This document shows positions 13,041 through 25,717 of a stretch of DNA of 64,000 bases, one piece after another. Each line of letters opens with the position of its first letter. The first letter of the stretch is position 1. The position numbers were made by a program, and so were the translations under genes. Origin of the DNA: Sarcophilus harrisii (lineage: Eukaryota); contig CM109174.1 of NCBI GenBank assembly GCA_048593225.1, positions 125,683,754-125,747,753 on the forward strand, read 5' to 3'. The notes beneath the pieces are model-generated. The model saw nothing but the letters and a program-made list of their open reading frames with translations, did no database searches and had not been told where the DNA came from.

Positions 13041-14952
13041 CTAGCTGCCCTCAAAATAGAACTTTGATAGGATACTATCCAAATGATTACTAGTGATTGA
13101 AAGAGTAGTGGCCCAAATTATTCCTCATACCCACAACATACAACAGGATAGGACTCAAGGTCATAGTTGGACATGAGAGTCTTGTACTAAATTAGCTGCA
13201 GCCAGAGGAAGAGAAAATGGAAAGTTGGGAGTTTTGGGGGTAGATGTGAAATAACTTGTGTACATACAAGGGAAAAAATGTTGGTTCAAATCTCGCCTCA
13301 TTCCTTTGGGGAAGAATGTCATTTTACTTTTCCGAAGGGCTGGACTACATGGCCTCCATAGTCCGTTCCAGCTCTAAATCAGTTTTTTGAATTTCCTCTG
13401 CCATCTATTATATGTCTGACCTTCAGCTTCCCTGAGCCTGTTTTTTGTTCACCTCAAATGAGGGCTTTGAGCTAGATGTCCTGCCAATTCAGCTCCTTTC
13501 TTCAATCATGCTAGGCTCCTTCCTACCAAAGGTTTTAAATCCAGACAAGTGTGGTTAAAGCTATGATTGTCTCACCAGCTGGGAGAGAGATGCTGTGAAA
13601 ATGGAGAGATGGGAGAAGGTTTCTAGTGGAGAATTCTTCAAGGAAGATGAACCAGTTGGTTTCTGATCAGAGCAAAAGGAAATGCAATGGAATTCTTAAA
13701 GAACCAAAATATTTATAAAGTGCCACCTGTGTGCCAGGCTTTAGAGAAGATTCTGAGACCTAATATCAGGTAAATTGACTCAAGGAATCTGGCCAGAGTA
13801 GATGGCACTGTTTCTATCCTATGTAGCAGTCGAGTAAGGGTTGCTTTTGGCTAGAGGCCCAAAGCAAGTCAGGGCCAGCCTGACAACCCAGAAGGCAATC
13901 GGAAGCATGTATGACAAACTGCTCTTTTCACCATCAGAGCTAGGAGCCTTGGAGATCACAAAGAGATCCAGAATCATAAAATTTTAGAGGATTGGTTAGG
14001 ATTAAAATCATAATCCATCCAGACTAGCCTTTCATGTTTTTCTCCCTAAGCCAATGTTTCTCTAGAGGAGGATAGATTTAAAATTTAAATTAAAAAAAAA
14101 CATAAATTACATCAACAAAAAGCAATTGGGGGAGGCCTTCAATTTGGGGGAAAAAAAAAAAAAAAAGCTATACCAGAAAGGCTGGGTTAGCACTGTTGCT
14201 CTGACCTGTGAAGCCTTTTCCTATGCATTAGAAATATAAAGTCCTACTCACTACTAAAAAAAACCACTTTAAAATGTGAGAATTGTGCGATTTAAGTTTG
14301 CAAAGCTTATTAATTGTACAAAATAGAAATAAGCTCATATTCTGCTTAGTTCCTTGGCAAAAAGAAAAGGTAGGGCCTCTCCCTCAGGGCTACATCCAGT
14401 ATCCAGCCAGTACCAGACCTCAGTAATTTTTTAGAAATGCAAAAATCAAAGCATATTGTGGGGAGAGGGGGAAATACTCCAAATTAGGTAGTCTTCTGGT
14501 TTTAATTGGTGGCCTTTTAAGTACTGTATATAGAGTCATCCTTTGTAGCTTTCACCCTGCCTTAGGTGAATAGGGGAAACCCAATATATTAGGAAAAGGA
14601 GCCAGGCTTTTTGGTCCATGCTTACCTAGGTTAATTCTTTTACACAGAAGGAAACCAGTTCAGTGGTGAAAGGGGCTTGTTCAGGATGACACAAACTCAA
14701 ATTCAAGTCTTTTAATACCAATTCTAGTGCTTATTGCTGTTTTGCTGCTTCTTTCACATCACAAATGGAGAAAAGCAAGCTAGGTCTACCTTTAAGCAGT
14801 CTACCCAGATGTTTAAAGGAGAAAACATGAGGGATTCCTATCATCCTTTCCTGAATCACAGACCTCTCGTCCTCCCCTCTCTGGTCCCCTTTACTCCCAA
14901 TCCCCAGGAATGAGGCACTAAATGAAAGCAGAGAACCAACTGAAAAAAGGGG

Positions 14953-14958
14953 TTTATT
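14953..14958 (-). other. MVP: AATAAA polyadenylation signal (minus strand), probable MVP 3' end
   Basis: TTTATT on the plus strand about 120 nt downstream (on the minus strand) of the predicted MVP stop codon at 15074-15076. Confidence 0.5.
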
Positions 14959-15073
14959 TTTTTTTGCCATTGAAAACTAAGGCAGAGAAAGCCCTCAGGG
15001 CAGAAACTAAGGCACAAAAAGTTCTCAGGGAGGACAGTGGTCTAATTTTCCAGTGGAGCTGGGGGAGAAGTCC

Positions 15074-15229
15074 CTACATCTCGGTATCCTTATCCTTCTT
15101 TTTTAGCTCAGTAGGATGCCCAGGTGCCCCAAGCCCCAGAAGCCCAGTGGCTGTGCTGAAGAGATTGATGGGAGTGGAGCCATCTGTAATAAGGGTTGAT
15201 TTCAGACCAAGACCTTGGAGCAGTTTCAC
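15074..15229 (-). CDS. MVP: MVP terminal coding exon (includes TAG stop)
   Basis: Acceptor tatcAG read on the minus strand. It encodes [51 protein letters not shown]. The first ~30 residues match the human major vault protein C-terminal region; the tail is shorter and divergent. Confidence 0.75.
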   Translation of the reverse strand: MKLLQGLGLKSTLITDGSTPINLFSTATGLLGLGAPGHPTELKKKDKDTEM

Positions 15230-15669
15230 CTGATAAGAGAAGGAAACAAAAATTATAGGATGATAAAATATTAAGAACTAGAAGGAACCTTGGAAAATAA
15301 TTCCTTTATATAGATTTTGTTTTTTTTTTAAGTTTTCCAAACTGTTTACCTTATTACCTCCCTTCAGAAACAGTTTCTGGGGCTAAGTGGAGTTAATTAA
15401 CTAACCTAGTGTCACATAGCAAGGACTTTGTATAAAGGTGTTCTGATTTTCTATTATACACATAACAGGTAACATTGAAACTGAAAAGGGACCTTGGGGC
15501 TGTCTCTAGTAGTAGTGTGAAGTCATCCCTTCCAGTCAGCTCAATGGCAATTTTCTCCCCTCCCCATCCAAAGACCCACAGCCTCTGGCCCTCAGGAAGA
15601 ACAGGATCTCCCTGTTGTTGCTACCTGAACTGGGGCAGTCCCCTCCCTCATTTCTCCTGGCTGGCTTAC

Positions 15670-15858
15670 CTGCAGCTCGGGCCCAGCCAGTGCCAGGTCC
15701 CGGATAGTGTTGGAGCCGAGAGCCTCTGTCATCTCCTTGAACTTTTTAACCTCCACTGCAGCCAGTTTCTCTGCTTTGTTCAGTTCCAGCTCCATTTGGG
15801 CCTTGGTATAGGCAAGCTCATGTTCCCTGGCTTTCTGTACCCGAAGTAACTCTGCTTC
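15670..15858 (-). CDS. MVP: MVP coding exon 13 of 14 (coiled-coil cap helix)
   Basis: 63 codons, [63 protein letters not shown]. Acceptor tttcAG and donor GTAAGC. Anchored to ORF 15592..15876. Confidence 0.85.
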
Positions 15859-16262
15859 CTGAAAGAAGGAAAGCACTCAGCTCAGGCCCTGAGGGACCAC
15901 CCAGGAGACCCCCTTGAGGCTGGCTCTGCCCAGGTCTTGGGATGCATAAGAACATGCGAAGCAGAGAAATGGTCTAGTGCAAATACATCTGCCCCAGGAA
16001 TACACAACAGAGGACTGGTCAGAGGGGGGGGAGGGGAGGATGTCCGGAAGGGTTTTATGCAGAAGATACCAATTTTGTGGAATCCTGAAAGATAAGGAGG
16101 GAGAGCCATTCTGCACCAAGCAGGGACCAAGCATGGAAAATTTGAAGGATACAGTGTGAAAAAGGTTGCCTTTCCTCCTCCTCCTTTCAGGTTCCCTTCT
16201 GTTTTGGCTCAAACCAGGGAACCTTTTCTTTAGGACACTTTTTAAAGGTGCTTCCCACTTAC

Positions 16263-16389
16263 CGTTTCTATGGCTAAGGCCTCCGCTTTCAATTTGGCCT
16301 GAAGCACGGCTCCTTCTCCCTCAATCCGGGCAGCCTCTGCCCGGGATTCCGCCTCCGCCTTAGCAGCCCCCGTCCTTTCTACAACAGTG
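16263..16389 (-). CDS. MVP: MVP coding exon 12
   Basis: Encodes (S)[42 protein letters not shown]. Acceptor ccccaAG and donor GTAAGT; phase continuity with the neighbouring exons. Confidence 0.75.
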
Positions 16390-16724
16390 CTTGGGGAGGA
16401 AAAGTTGGATGAGATCCATGGAAAGAAACAACTTCCTATCCCTTACCTGACACTTTCTCCCTCTACTGATTAGCTGCATCTTTCAATAATTAATTCATCA
16501 TTTATTAATAAGTGCTGGGTGAGGCAACACAAAGAAGTGAGCAAGAATAGTAGCTTAGAGCTCAATAAACTCAAAGACCCCACTACTGAGATGAGAGCTT
16601 ACCATCTGACAAGAATTGTTGGGAAACTGGATAGCATTTTCAGGATTTCACATGGATAATTGCTATCATATTGCTTGGTTGCTCAATGAGTAAGGGGAGA
16701 GAATTCAGAACTCAACATTAAAAA

Positions 16725-16900
16725 AAAAAAAAGAATGATAAAAACAAATATATGTTTTAAAAGAACATTAAAAATGACAAAAACATATATTTTAAAAGAA
16801 CTCAACATTAAAAAATGATAAAAACAAATACATATTTTAAAAGAACCAAAAAAAGGAATGATAAAAACAAATACATATTTTAAAAGAACCACCAAATATA
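16725..16900. repeat. AT-rich minisatellite, about 42-bp unit, 4 copies
   Basis: Repeated units GAATGATAAAAACAAATACATATTTTAAAAGAAC... Confidence 0.6.
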
Positions 16901-19521
16901 TATTTTAAAAGAAACCCCAATAAACCACAAAAACTGAAAAGCAGATTGGAAGAAATTGGGTTTAGATTAATACCTCACACCTTGAAACCAAGATAAACTC
17001 CAAATGCATGGCTGGTCCAGATAAGAGGTCACATTATAAACAAATTAGAGGGATAAGGGAGATATTACTTTTCAGATCTATGGATAGGGGAAGAGTTTGT
17101 TACCAAGTAAAGGAACAGAAAGGGTGACAGAAGATAAAACTGACAATTTTAATTACATAAAATTAAGGTTTTTTTTTGTTTTTGTTTTTTTTAAACAAAT
17201 CCAACATAGCTTAGATGAAAAGGAAACAGCTAACTGGAAGAAAAATCTTTGCAGCAAGTTTCTTTGAAAAATGTCTTATTTCTAAGATGTAAGCCATTGG
17301 TTTAAATTTGTAAGAATAAAAGTTATTTTTCAATTAATAAAAGATAAAAGGATCTGAATAAGTAAGTAGTCCTCAAGGGAAGAACCTAAGCTCTTTATAG
17401 CCATGTGAAAAGAATGCTCCAAATCACTAATAATTAAAGAAATACAAATTAAAGCAATTTCTCAGATTGATAAAGCTGACCAAAAAAAAATGTCAAAACA
17501 CCAACATTAGAGGAGCTGTGGGAAAACAGGCCCATAGATATCCTATTAGTAGAGCTGTGAATTGATACAGTCACATTCAGGAAATCAATCTGGGGAGGGT
17601 GGAGCCAAGAACATCAGAAGTGCAGGAAGAAGTACAGCAATCTCTCTGCTCCATCTCTTCCAAAAAGATTTAGAAAAAGGTCCTGAACAAATGTGATAGT
17701 AAAATCCAAGAAAAAAAAAATCACAGTGAATAATTTTTCCAGTCTAGGTCAGGATGCAAAGACAAAAAAGGTCTATGGACATTGAGGAAGAGATATGATC
17801 AGGATGATGTCATGGGGAGCACTGCAGGACAGGGAGAAGACATGCACCTGGTACTGCAGGGTTTGGGAACAGGTGCCAACTGGAAGCTCTGTTACTACCC
17901 AATTCCAGATCCGTAGATCCAGGTTAGACTGAGGAGGGTATCTGGACCTAGGGAGAGTGTTCTGGAGCAAGCAGCAGTGGAAGGCCCTAGGCTGTGTGCC
18001 AGACAAATTTATAAGTAGCAGCTGGGTGGTTCAGATCTCAGAAACAAAGGAGGGTCTCAATTCCAGCATCCATACCAGCCTGAAGCTTGCAGAATAACCA
18101 GGGTAGGAAGCCCAGACCAAAGTATAGTCTGCAGTTCTGTCACTCTGAACCAGCAGAGCTTCCTCGTGACTGATAGGGAATGAGTCCAGCCTCAGTCCAT
18201 TGTTGCTCAGACTTAATTTGCAGAACTCAGACTAGGATGAGCCAGTGATCAGCCTTGGGAAGTACTGAAAGCTTACTTTATCCAGCAGTGGATAAAGCTC
18301 CCTTAACATCAAATTTGAAGGGAAGTGGCTGGAAGAAGGAATAAACAAACCAACAAAAAAAGAAATCTAACCATGAAAAGCTATTATGGTGACACAGCCA
18401 TTCCAGAAAAAAAAAAAAAAAAAAAAAAAAGAATGTCTCCTAAGAATCTATAAGCAAAGCTTCAAAGAAAAACACAATTTGGGCACAAATTCAACTAGCA
18501 TTTCCAGAAGAAATTAAAAAAAAAAAAAAGAATTTAAAAAATGAAATGAGAACCCTAAAGGAAAAATTTGGAAAAGAAATGAGAACTGTGGGGAAAGAAA
18601 CTGGAAAGGGAATCAGTATAAGAGGTACAAAAATCTTGTCTGAGCAACAAAATCCTTGAAAATTAAAATGGACCAAATAGAATTCAATGATTTTATATGC
18701 CAACCAGAAATAATAAAACAAAATCAAAAGACCTTTGAAAAGGGGGAAAAAAAGTAATCTCATTGCAAAAACAACTGAGCTAGAAAAGATTGACAAGAAA
18801 AAAAAATTTAAGATATCATAATCAAAAAAAGCACCTACTAGACATCCTATTTCAATAGGATCTTAAGTCTTGATCAATAAATCTTGAAAGAAAACTGCCT
18901 TAGCACCATAAAGTGGAAACTAAAGAGGATTCTTTGGTGATCTTCCAAAAGAGGTCTCAAAATATATGTATATGCATGCATAAAAGTGTATATGTATATA
19001 GGCTTAAAGCCAAGAACAACTTACCACTAAAACTCAGTATAATCAAAGGAGGAAAATGGATTTTGAATCAGCCTGATTGTGGTATAAAAGCTTTAAAAAG
19101 CAAAAACAGGAATTCAAAGAAACATGAAAAGTTAAATATTAATGGACAATCATAAGGGACTAAACAAAAATTAACTCCTTCCCTAACTTGGGAAGATGAT
19201 CACAAAGAGAATCTGATTAGACAGAAGGATTGGGAGTAGCTCTGTTATTTCTTGATGATTGTAAAAGAACAGAAGAATACACAGTGGAGTGAGAAAGAGG
19301 GAAAGGAAAATTAGGGAAAACTCTTCTAGAGGGTGTAGATAAACTCTAATCTTCACTCTTATCTAAATTGGTCAAGGGAAGAATGAATACACACACACAA
19401 ACAAACACATAGTACATTTCACTCAATATGAAACAGGAGGGACAAGGGAGGAAGATGTAGCAATAAAAGTGAGTAGGTTAAGAGACAGATTAGTCCTAAG
19501 CAAAACTAGGCATCTATAAAA

Positions 19522-19524
<3 letters not shown>

Positions 19525-19592
<68 letters not shown>
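19525..19592. repeat. (AT)n microsatellite, about 34 units
   Basis: Uninterrupted ATAT run within MVP intron 11. Confidence 0.9.
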
Positions 19593-19601
<9 letters not shown>

Positions 19602-19689
19602 TATATATATATACATACATAATTATAAATATTTCATATGATTCTTTTTTTTAATGTTACTTAAAAAATAGAAATTGAATGTATGCTCA

Positions 19690-20165
19690 TCAACTAAGGA
19701 ATGGAGAAACAAGTTATGGTACATAAATGAAATGGAATACTATTGTGCTGTAAGAATGAAGGGAATACTTTCAGGGAAACCTGTTAAGACATGTATGAAC
19801 TGATACAGTGAACAGAAATAGAACAATTTATATAATGATGACAATATGATAAAGACAAATCTTTTTGAAAGTCTTAAGAATTCTGATCAGTGTAATGACC
19901 AAACAATTCCACACAATTCATGATGAAACATGTTACTCCTTTCCTAATAGAGAAATAAAAGACCTAAAGTGTGAGAGGAGACAGGTACATGTATGTGAAT
20001 ATAGTATATGTATATGTGAGTGTATACAAGTGAAATTTCCCTTTGGATATAACCAATGCAGAAATAGGTCTTGTTTGGCTACTCATATGTTTGTAATAAG
20101 GTTTTTGTTTTTCTTTTGTTCCCATTTGGAAGGGAAGGAGAGAAGAATTTAAAAACTAACTTTTT
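19690..20165 (+). mobile_element. L1 3'-end fragment (marsupial-type)
   Basis: Contains ...GGAATGGAGAAACAAGTTATGGTACATAAATGAAATGGAATACTATTGTGC..., the same family as 21055, 37290 and 44150. Ends in a T/A run. Confidence 0.6.
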
Positions 20166-20822
20166 TTTTTTTAATAGCCTTTTATTTACAGGATATATGC
20201 ATGGGTAACTTTACATCATTAACAATTGCCAAACCTCTTGTTCCAATTTTTCACCTCTTACCCCCTACCCCCTCCCCCAGATGGCAGGATGACCAGTAGA
20301 TGTTAAGTACATTAAAATATAAATTAGATACACAATAAGTATACATGACCAAAACATTATTTTGCTGTACAAAAAGAATCGGACTCTGAAATATTGTACA
20401 ATTAGCTTGTGAAGGAAATAAAAAATGCAGGTGGGCATAAATATAGGGATTGGGAATTCAATGTAATGGTTTTTAGTCATCTCCCAGAGTTCTTTCTCTG
20501 GGTGTAGCTGGTTCAGTTCATTACTGCTCCATTGGAAATGATTTGGTTGATCTTGTTGCTGAGGATGGCCAGGTCCATCAGAACTGGTCATCATATAGTA
20601 TTGTTGTTGAAGTATATAATGATCTCCTGGTCCTGCTCATTTCACTCAGCATCAGTTCGTGTAAGTCTCTTCAGGCCTTTCTGAAATCATCCTGTTGGTC
20701 ATTTCTTACAGAACAGTAATATTCCATAATATTCATATACCACAATTTATTCAGCCATTCTCCAACTGATGGACATCCATTCAGTTTCCAGTTTCTAGCC
20801 ACTACAAAAAGGGCTGCCATAA
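20160..20822 (-). mobile_element. L1 3'-end fragment, reverse orientation (poly-T leader)
   Basis: Near-identical copies at 27118-27480 and 39245-39920, and in forward orientation at 22430-23010 and 32690-33380. Confidence 0.7.
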
Positions 20823-20925
20823 AAACTAACTTTTAAAAAAAGGGAAGTAATTTGGAATTATGTCTCCATAACTACAAAATTCTGTATGCCCTTTGACCCA
20901 GGCACCTCCCAATAACCAAAGTAAA

Positions 20926-20959
<34 letters not shown>

Positions 20960-21054
20960 AAAAAGATCTATACATATATGTACTGAATATTTTTAGCAGT
21001 TCTTCATATAGTGGCAAGATCTGGAAACTAAGGGGAAGCCTGACATTTGAGCCA

Positions 21055-21450
21055 TGGCTAAACAAATCATGGTATATGAATGTAATATATTACTATTGTA
21101 CTATTGTACAGTAACAAATGAAGAGAGTTTCTGAGGAGCTTGGAAAGATTTATATGAACTGATGTAGAATGAAGTAAGCAGAACTAGGAGAACAATTTAC
21201 ACAATAGCATCAACATCATCAAAACAAATACATGTGTGAAAGCTTTAAGAACTTTTGATTCAAAAGGACTCATGCTGAAATCACTCACTCAAGATGGAGA
21301 AATGATGGACTAAGACAAAATGAGATATACATTTTGGATAGTCAATGTGAAAATTGGTTTTACTTGACTATGCTTATATGTTACAAGGATTTTGTATTTT
21401 TTTTTTTCCTACTCTGGGGAAGAAGAGAAAATAAATTCTTGATTTTTTTT
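21055..21450 (+). mobile_element. L1 3'-end fragment
   Basis: TGGTATATGAATGTAATATATTACTATTGTAC...GAACTGATGTAGAATGAAGTAAGCAGAACTAGGAGAAC... family. Confidence 0.55.
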
Positions 21451-22429
21451 TTTTTTTTAAGTTTCAAATGATGGGAATATTAACAGGTAATACACAAAGA
21501 CCCTGTTCTGGAGGAATGCATAATCCCACATTGGGGAATATGACATGCAAACTGTTATCTGATACAAAGCAGAATACTACAGGGAAAAAGGAGAGCTCCA
21601 AAGTAGTCGAATTTGAGACAAGAGTGACCACTTTTAGCCAGAATCAGGAAAGATTTTGAAATTAGGGATTAACAGATTGAAATCTAATTAACAGATTGAT
21701 CTGTTCAAATACAAAGAAGCAAATGTGCACAAGAGGTCACTGAATAGTCCAGTTTGGCCAGAGCATTCAAGAAGAGAATTAAGAAGAATGGAAAAGTAGG
21801 TTGGAACCAGACCCATGGAGGGCCTTAGATAGCAGGTCGAGGAAGTTTCTATTTTACCCTCAAGGCAATGGAAAGCCATGAGGGTTTCTATAATCAAAGA
21901 GCTGAGTTGATAGCCCTGTGCATTATAAAGATGCCTTTGGCAGTCACATGGATAGATTGAGATGGGGTGAGTCTGGAGGCAAGAAACCAGTTAAAAGGCT
22001 ATAATAATCCAGACAAAAGCTTAACAAATCAGAGTAGTGATAGAATAAGTGGAGATGTAAGGAAGAATGCAAGAAATGCTTGGAGAACTGAAGAGACTTA
22101 ACAACGATTTGGATATAGTGGCAAATGGGTAAGAAGGTGAGCCTTTAAAGAAGGAAGAAAAAAGACTGGAAACCTCGTAACATCTCCAGTTCTTCCTTCA
22201 TTAATCACTTCTCCAACTCTTGCAGCTAATCAGCATTCCTTTTATTTTTCCTTTCTTGTGTGAAGGAAAAGTTGAACAGAGGAAGACATTGAAGGATCAT
22301 GGTGTCAATGGCAGGAAAGACAGATTGGGGAAAATCTAATGAGTTTCATTGGTCCAGTGAATTGGTCCAGTGGTCCAGTGAACAATGAATTGCAACAATG
22401 CAAAATAATAATAATAGGATCAAAATTAC

Positions 22430-23010
22430 ATACACATCAATAATGGTATACCAAATATGAATGTTATGGAATATTATTGTTGTATAAGAAATGACCAGCA
22501 GGATGAATACAGAGAGACTTGGAGAGATTTACATGAACTGATGCCAAGTGAAATGAGCAGAACCAGGAGATCATTATATACGTCAACAACAATACTATAT
22601 GAGGATCAATTCTCATGGACGTGGCTATCTCCAGCAATGAGATGAACCAAATCAGTTCCAATAGATCAGTAATGGACAGACCCAGCTACACCCAGTGAAA
22701 GACCTCTGGGAAATGAGTGTGGACCACAACATAGTATTTACACTCTCTGTTACTGTTTGCTTGCATTTTTGTTTTTCTTCCCAGGTTATTTTTTTACCTT
22801 CTTTCTAAATCTGATCTTTCTTGTGCAACAAGATAACTGTATGAATATGTATATATATATATACTGTATTTAACATATACTTTAACATATTTAACAGGTA
22901 TGGGACTGCCTGCCATCTAAAGGAAGGGGTAGAGGGAAGAAGGGGAAAAGTTAGAACAGAAGTTTTTACAAGGTTCAATGATGAAAAACTGCCCATGCAT
23001 GTTTTGTCAA
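22430..23010 (+). mobile_element. L1 3'-end fragment
   Basis: Forward-orientation counterpart of 20160-20822 (..GAATATTATTGTTGTATAAGAAATGACCAGCAGGATGAATACAGAGAG..). Confidence 0.65.
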
Positions 23011-23361
23011 TAAAAAGCTAAAATAAAAAAGAAAAGTTAAGAAAAGAAAAAGCTTTAATAAAAAAAAGAATTTAAAAAAATGTAAAGGAGAATAGGTGGT
23101 GGAATTTCTGACAAGCCTAGAAAGGAACACAAAAATCTTATTTACTGGTACTTTTGTTAAAAGGTTTAGAGGGAATTTGACAAGATTTTTGCTATTTCTT
23201 CTGTTAAGTTACTTTATTGTTTTAGTTGATGATTAAACTTAAGGTTTTTAAATTGTTGGTGACACTGGAAGGTAAGAGTAACAGGTGACAGTCAGAGGGG
23301 CAAGGAAGGCCTCTCTGCATCCTCTTTTCTCATGGACTATGGAGCCATCTTCTTTCCTTAC

Positions 23362-23478
23362 CTCTCGGCTTCCAGAAGCAGCAGCATCTTCTGAGCTTTC
23401 TCAGCTTCCACTTGGTCCAAGATCTTCTGTCTCTTCAGTCGCCCCTGAGCCTCCTGCTCCAATCTCTGAGCCTCATGT
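23362..23478 (-). CDS. MVP: MVP coding exon 11
   Basis: Encodes [38 protein letters not shown]. Acceptor tatcAG and donor GTAAGG. Anchored to ORF 23358..23603. Confidence 0.85.
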
Positions 23479-23624
23479 CTGATAGAATAGGAGACAGGAA
23501 AAGATTCTTGTGAGATGGTTGTAGAGGAAGAATGGGAACCAGGCAGGGCAAGGGACAAGTGCATTGTGGGGGAGGAAGGAAATTGGCATTTATTATTAAG
23601 CACCTACTATGGACCAAGTTCTTT

Positions 23625-23860
23625 GCCAAGTTCTTTACAAAATATTATGTGCTAAGTTTTTTTTTTTTTAAACAAATATTGCCTCATTTGACATTTACAA
23701 CAACTCCGGGAGGTAAGGGCTATCATGATTCCTGTTTTACAGATGAGGAAACTGAGGCAGATAGTGGTATTTTGTCCAGGGTCATACAGCTAGTAAGTTC
23801 TGAGGCTGGATTTGAACTGAGGTTTTTCTGACTCTATTACACCAGCTGGTTCACTCAAGG
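23625..23860 (+). mobile_element. MIR-like SINE
   Basis: ...ATTTTACAGATGAGGAAACTGAGGCAGATAGTGG...GTCATACAGCTAGTAAGTTCTGAGGCTGGATTTGAACTGAGG... is a classic MIR/THER-type core. Confidence 0.65.
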
Positions 23861-23978
23861 AAGCCCATAGCACTAAGTACACAGGGATCTCAACATACAA
23901 AGGAGTGAATGCCATGGACCTAAGGCAGGAGAACTGGGAGGGGGAGGGGGTGTTGGAAAAGCCATCTGCTCGGCTCAC

Positions 23979-24365
23979 TTGGCAGCAGCTTCTTGGGAAT
24001 TCGTGGTGATTTCAATGGCCAGCTGCACACTTCGCTGCAGGGCGTCGCGGGTCCGCTGGTCCACAGGTTCCACAGATTGGACATCCACGCTACTGATCAC
24101 CAGCCCATTCTGGGGAAAGAAAGCACGGTCCCGGGGCTGAAGCATGGGGTCCTCTCCAGCTCCTTTACGCTCTATTTCCTCAAAACCGAAGACGGACGTC
24201 CGGATGATGCGAGCTGAATTCTTGTGGAAGTCATCAAAGGTGACTGAGGCCACAGCCCCGCGCACCCGGGAGGCGATGGCTTTGCAGGCGTCGCCCACAA
24301 AGTCTGGGACGGAGAAGAGCCGAGCAGCCTCTTGGGGATTATTCTGGTCTCTCACTTCAAAGTGC
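23979..24365 (-). CDS. MVP: MVP coding exon 10 (shoulder domain)
   Basis: 128 codons, [50 protein letters not shown]...[19 protein letters not shown], near-identical to human MVP. Anchored to ORF 23975..24355. Confidence 0.9.
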
Positions 24366-24699
24366 CTGTGGGAAAAGAAAGGGAGAAAGATGTCCCACCT
24401 CCTCCCCTACTGCGGTCTGGGAGTTAGGGCTGTAATTCAGAACCTCATTACCTCTGGTCTGGATTACGGCAATGGGCTCCTAAATGGTTTCCTTCACTCA
24501 TCTTACTCCACTCTAATCTGTCTCCACCCAGTTGCCAAAGTGCTATTTCCTTAAATAAAATTGTGACTGTCATTCTCTACCAAAACTCCAGTGCTGCTCT
24601 ACTATCTTTGAGATAAAATATAATTATAATATATAATAACAATAAGAATATGGTATTTCTGTAGCATCTATTTTGTGCCAGGCTCTGGACTAAGTTTTA

Positions 24700-24900
24700 T
24701 TCAATCATTTTAATTGTGTCCAGCTTTTCATGATCCAATTTGGGGATTTCTTGGCAGAGATATGGAAGTGATTTGCCATTTCCTTCTCTAGCTTGTTTTA
24801 TCAATGAAGAGCTGAGGCAGACAGCGTTAGGTGACATGCCCGGGATCTGGTGAGTTAGGAAGCCAGATCTGATCAGGAAGATGAGTCCTCCTGGCTCCAG
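24700..24900 (+). mobile_element. MIR-like SINE
   Basis: ...GATTTGCCATTTCCTTCTCTAGCTTGTTTTATCAATGAAGAGCTGAGGCAGACAGCGTTAGGTGACATGCCCGGGATCTGGTGAGTTAGGAAGCCAGATCTGA... Confidence 0.6.
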
Positions 24901-25169
24901 GGCCTGGGCTGCACCACCCCAGCTGCCCCCATTGTACTAAGTGCTTTTCACAAATACTGTGAAGGACAAATCTCTGTCTTTGCATCCTCAGAACTTAGCA
25001 CAGAGCATGGCATCTGCCACAGGCTCTCCTGTGCCTGTTCAGACCCGTCGGACTCTTGACAAGGTTCCCGGGACCTCCCTCTGGACAACTTGGGTTGGAC
25101 TAATCTCCCCCTCTCCCTGCACTGACACAGCAGAAGATCCTGGCAGGACCTGGGGGAATCCCTAGGTAC

Positions 25170-25367
25170 CAGTTGTAAGCCAGCTGGAGCTGCAGTCGGG
25201 CATGGTCCGCTGTTTCAATGGTGATGACATCAGTAAAGAAATCAGGCCCCAGTAGCAGGCAGAGTGTCCGGCGGGCATGGGGCCGCTTGGGCCGGCCAGC
25301 TGAGAGGGACAACACCGTGAACTGTTCTTCAGGGCCAAGGCACACCAGCTCTGGCCCAAACACAACC
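25170..25367 (-). CDS. MVP: MVP coding exon 9
   Basis: Encodes [65 protein letters not shown]. Acceptor ccacAG and donor GTACCT. Anchored to ORF 25100..25363. Confidence 0.9.
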
Positions 25368-25472
25368 CTGTGGAAGGTCCAGAGGGTCAGCCAAACAGAG
25401 AATTCACAGCCCCCAATCCCAAGCGCAACATCCCCCCGGATAGGAGAATTTTCTTCCCATGTTTCCCCTCAC

Positions 25473-25717
25473 CGGGCTTTCTTTTCCCTGTAGTCATACA
25501 CCTGCACAGCTGCATTGTGGGGGACCCGGTAGCTCACAATTCGAGTCTTATCCCTGGGAGGGAGGGAACCACTTTTTCTTGACTCCCCCAATGCACCCCT
25601 GTCTGCCAGTGGGTCTTGCCCCATGCTCAGCAGTTCTTCCACCCCAGGAGGCAGCTCCTTTTCCCACAACTCTTCATCGTGGGTCAGCATATAGGTTTTA
25701 CCAACAACAGCCCGGAC
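25473..25717 (-). CDS. MVP: MVP coding exon 8
   Basis: Encodes [81 protein letters not shown]. Acceptor ttctctAG and donor GTGAGG. Anchored to ORF 25469..25690. Confidence 0.9.
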
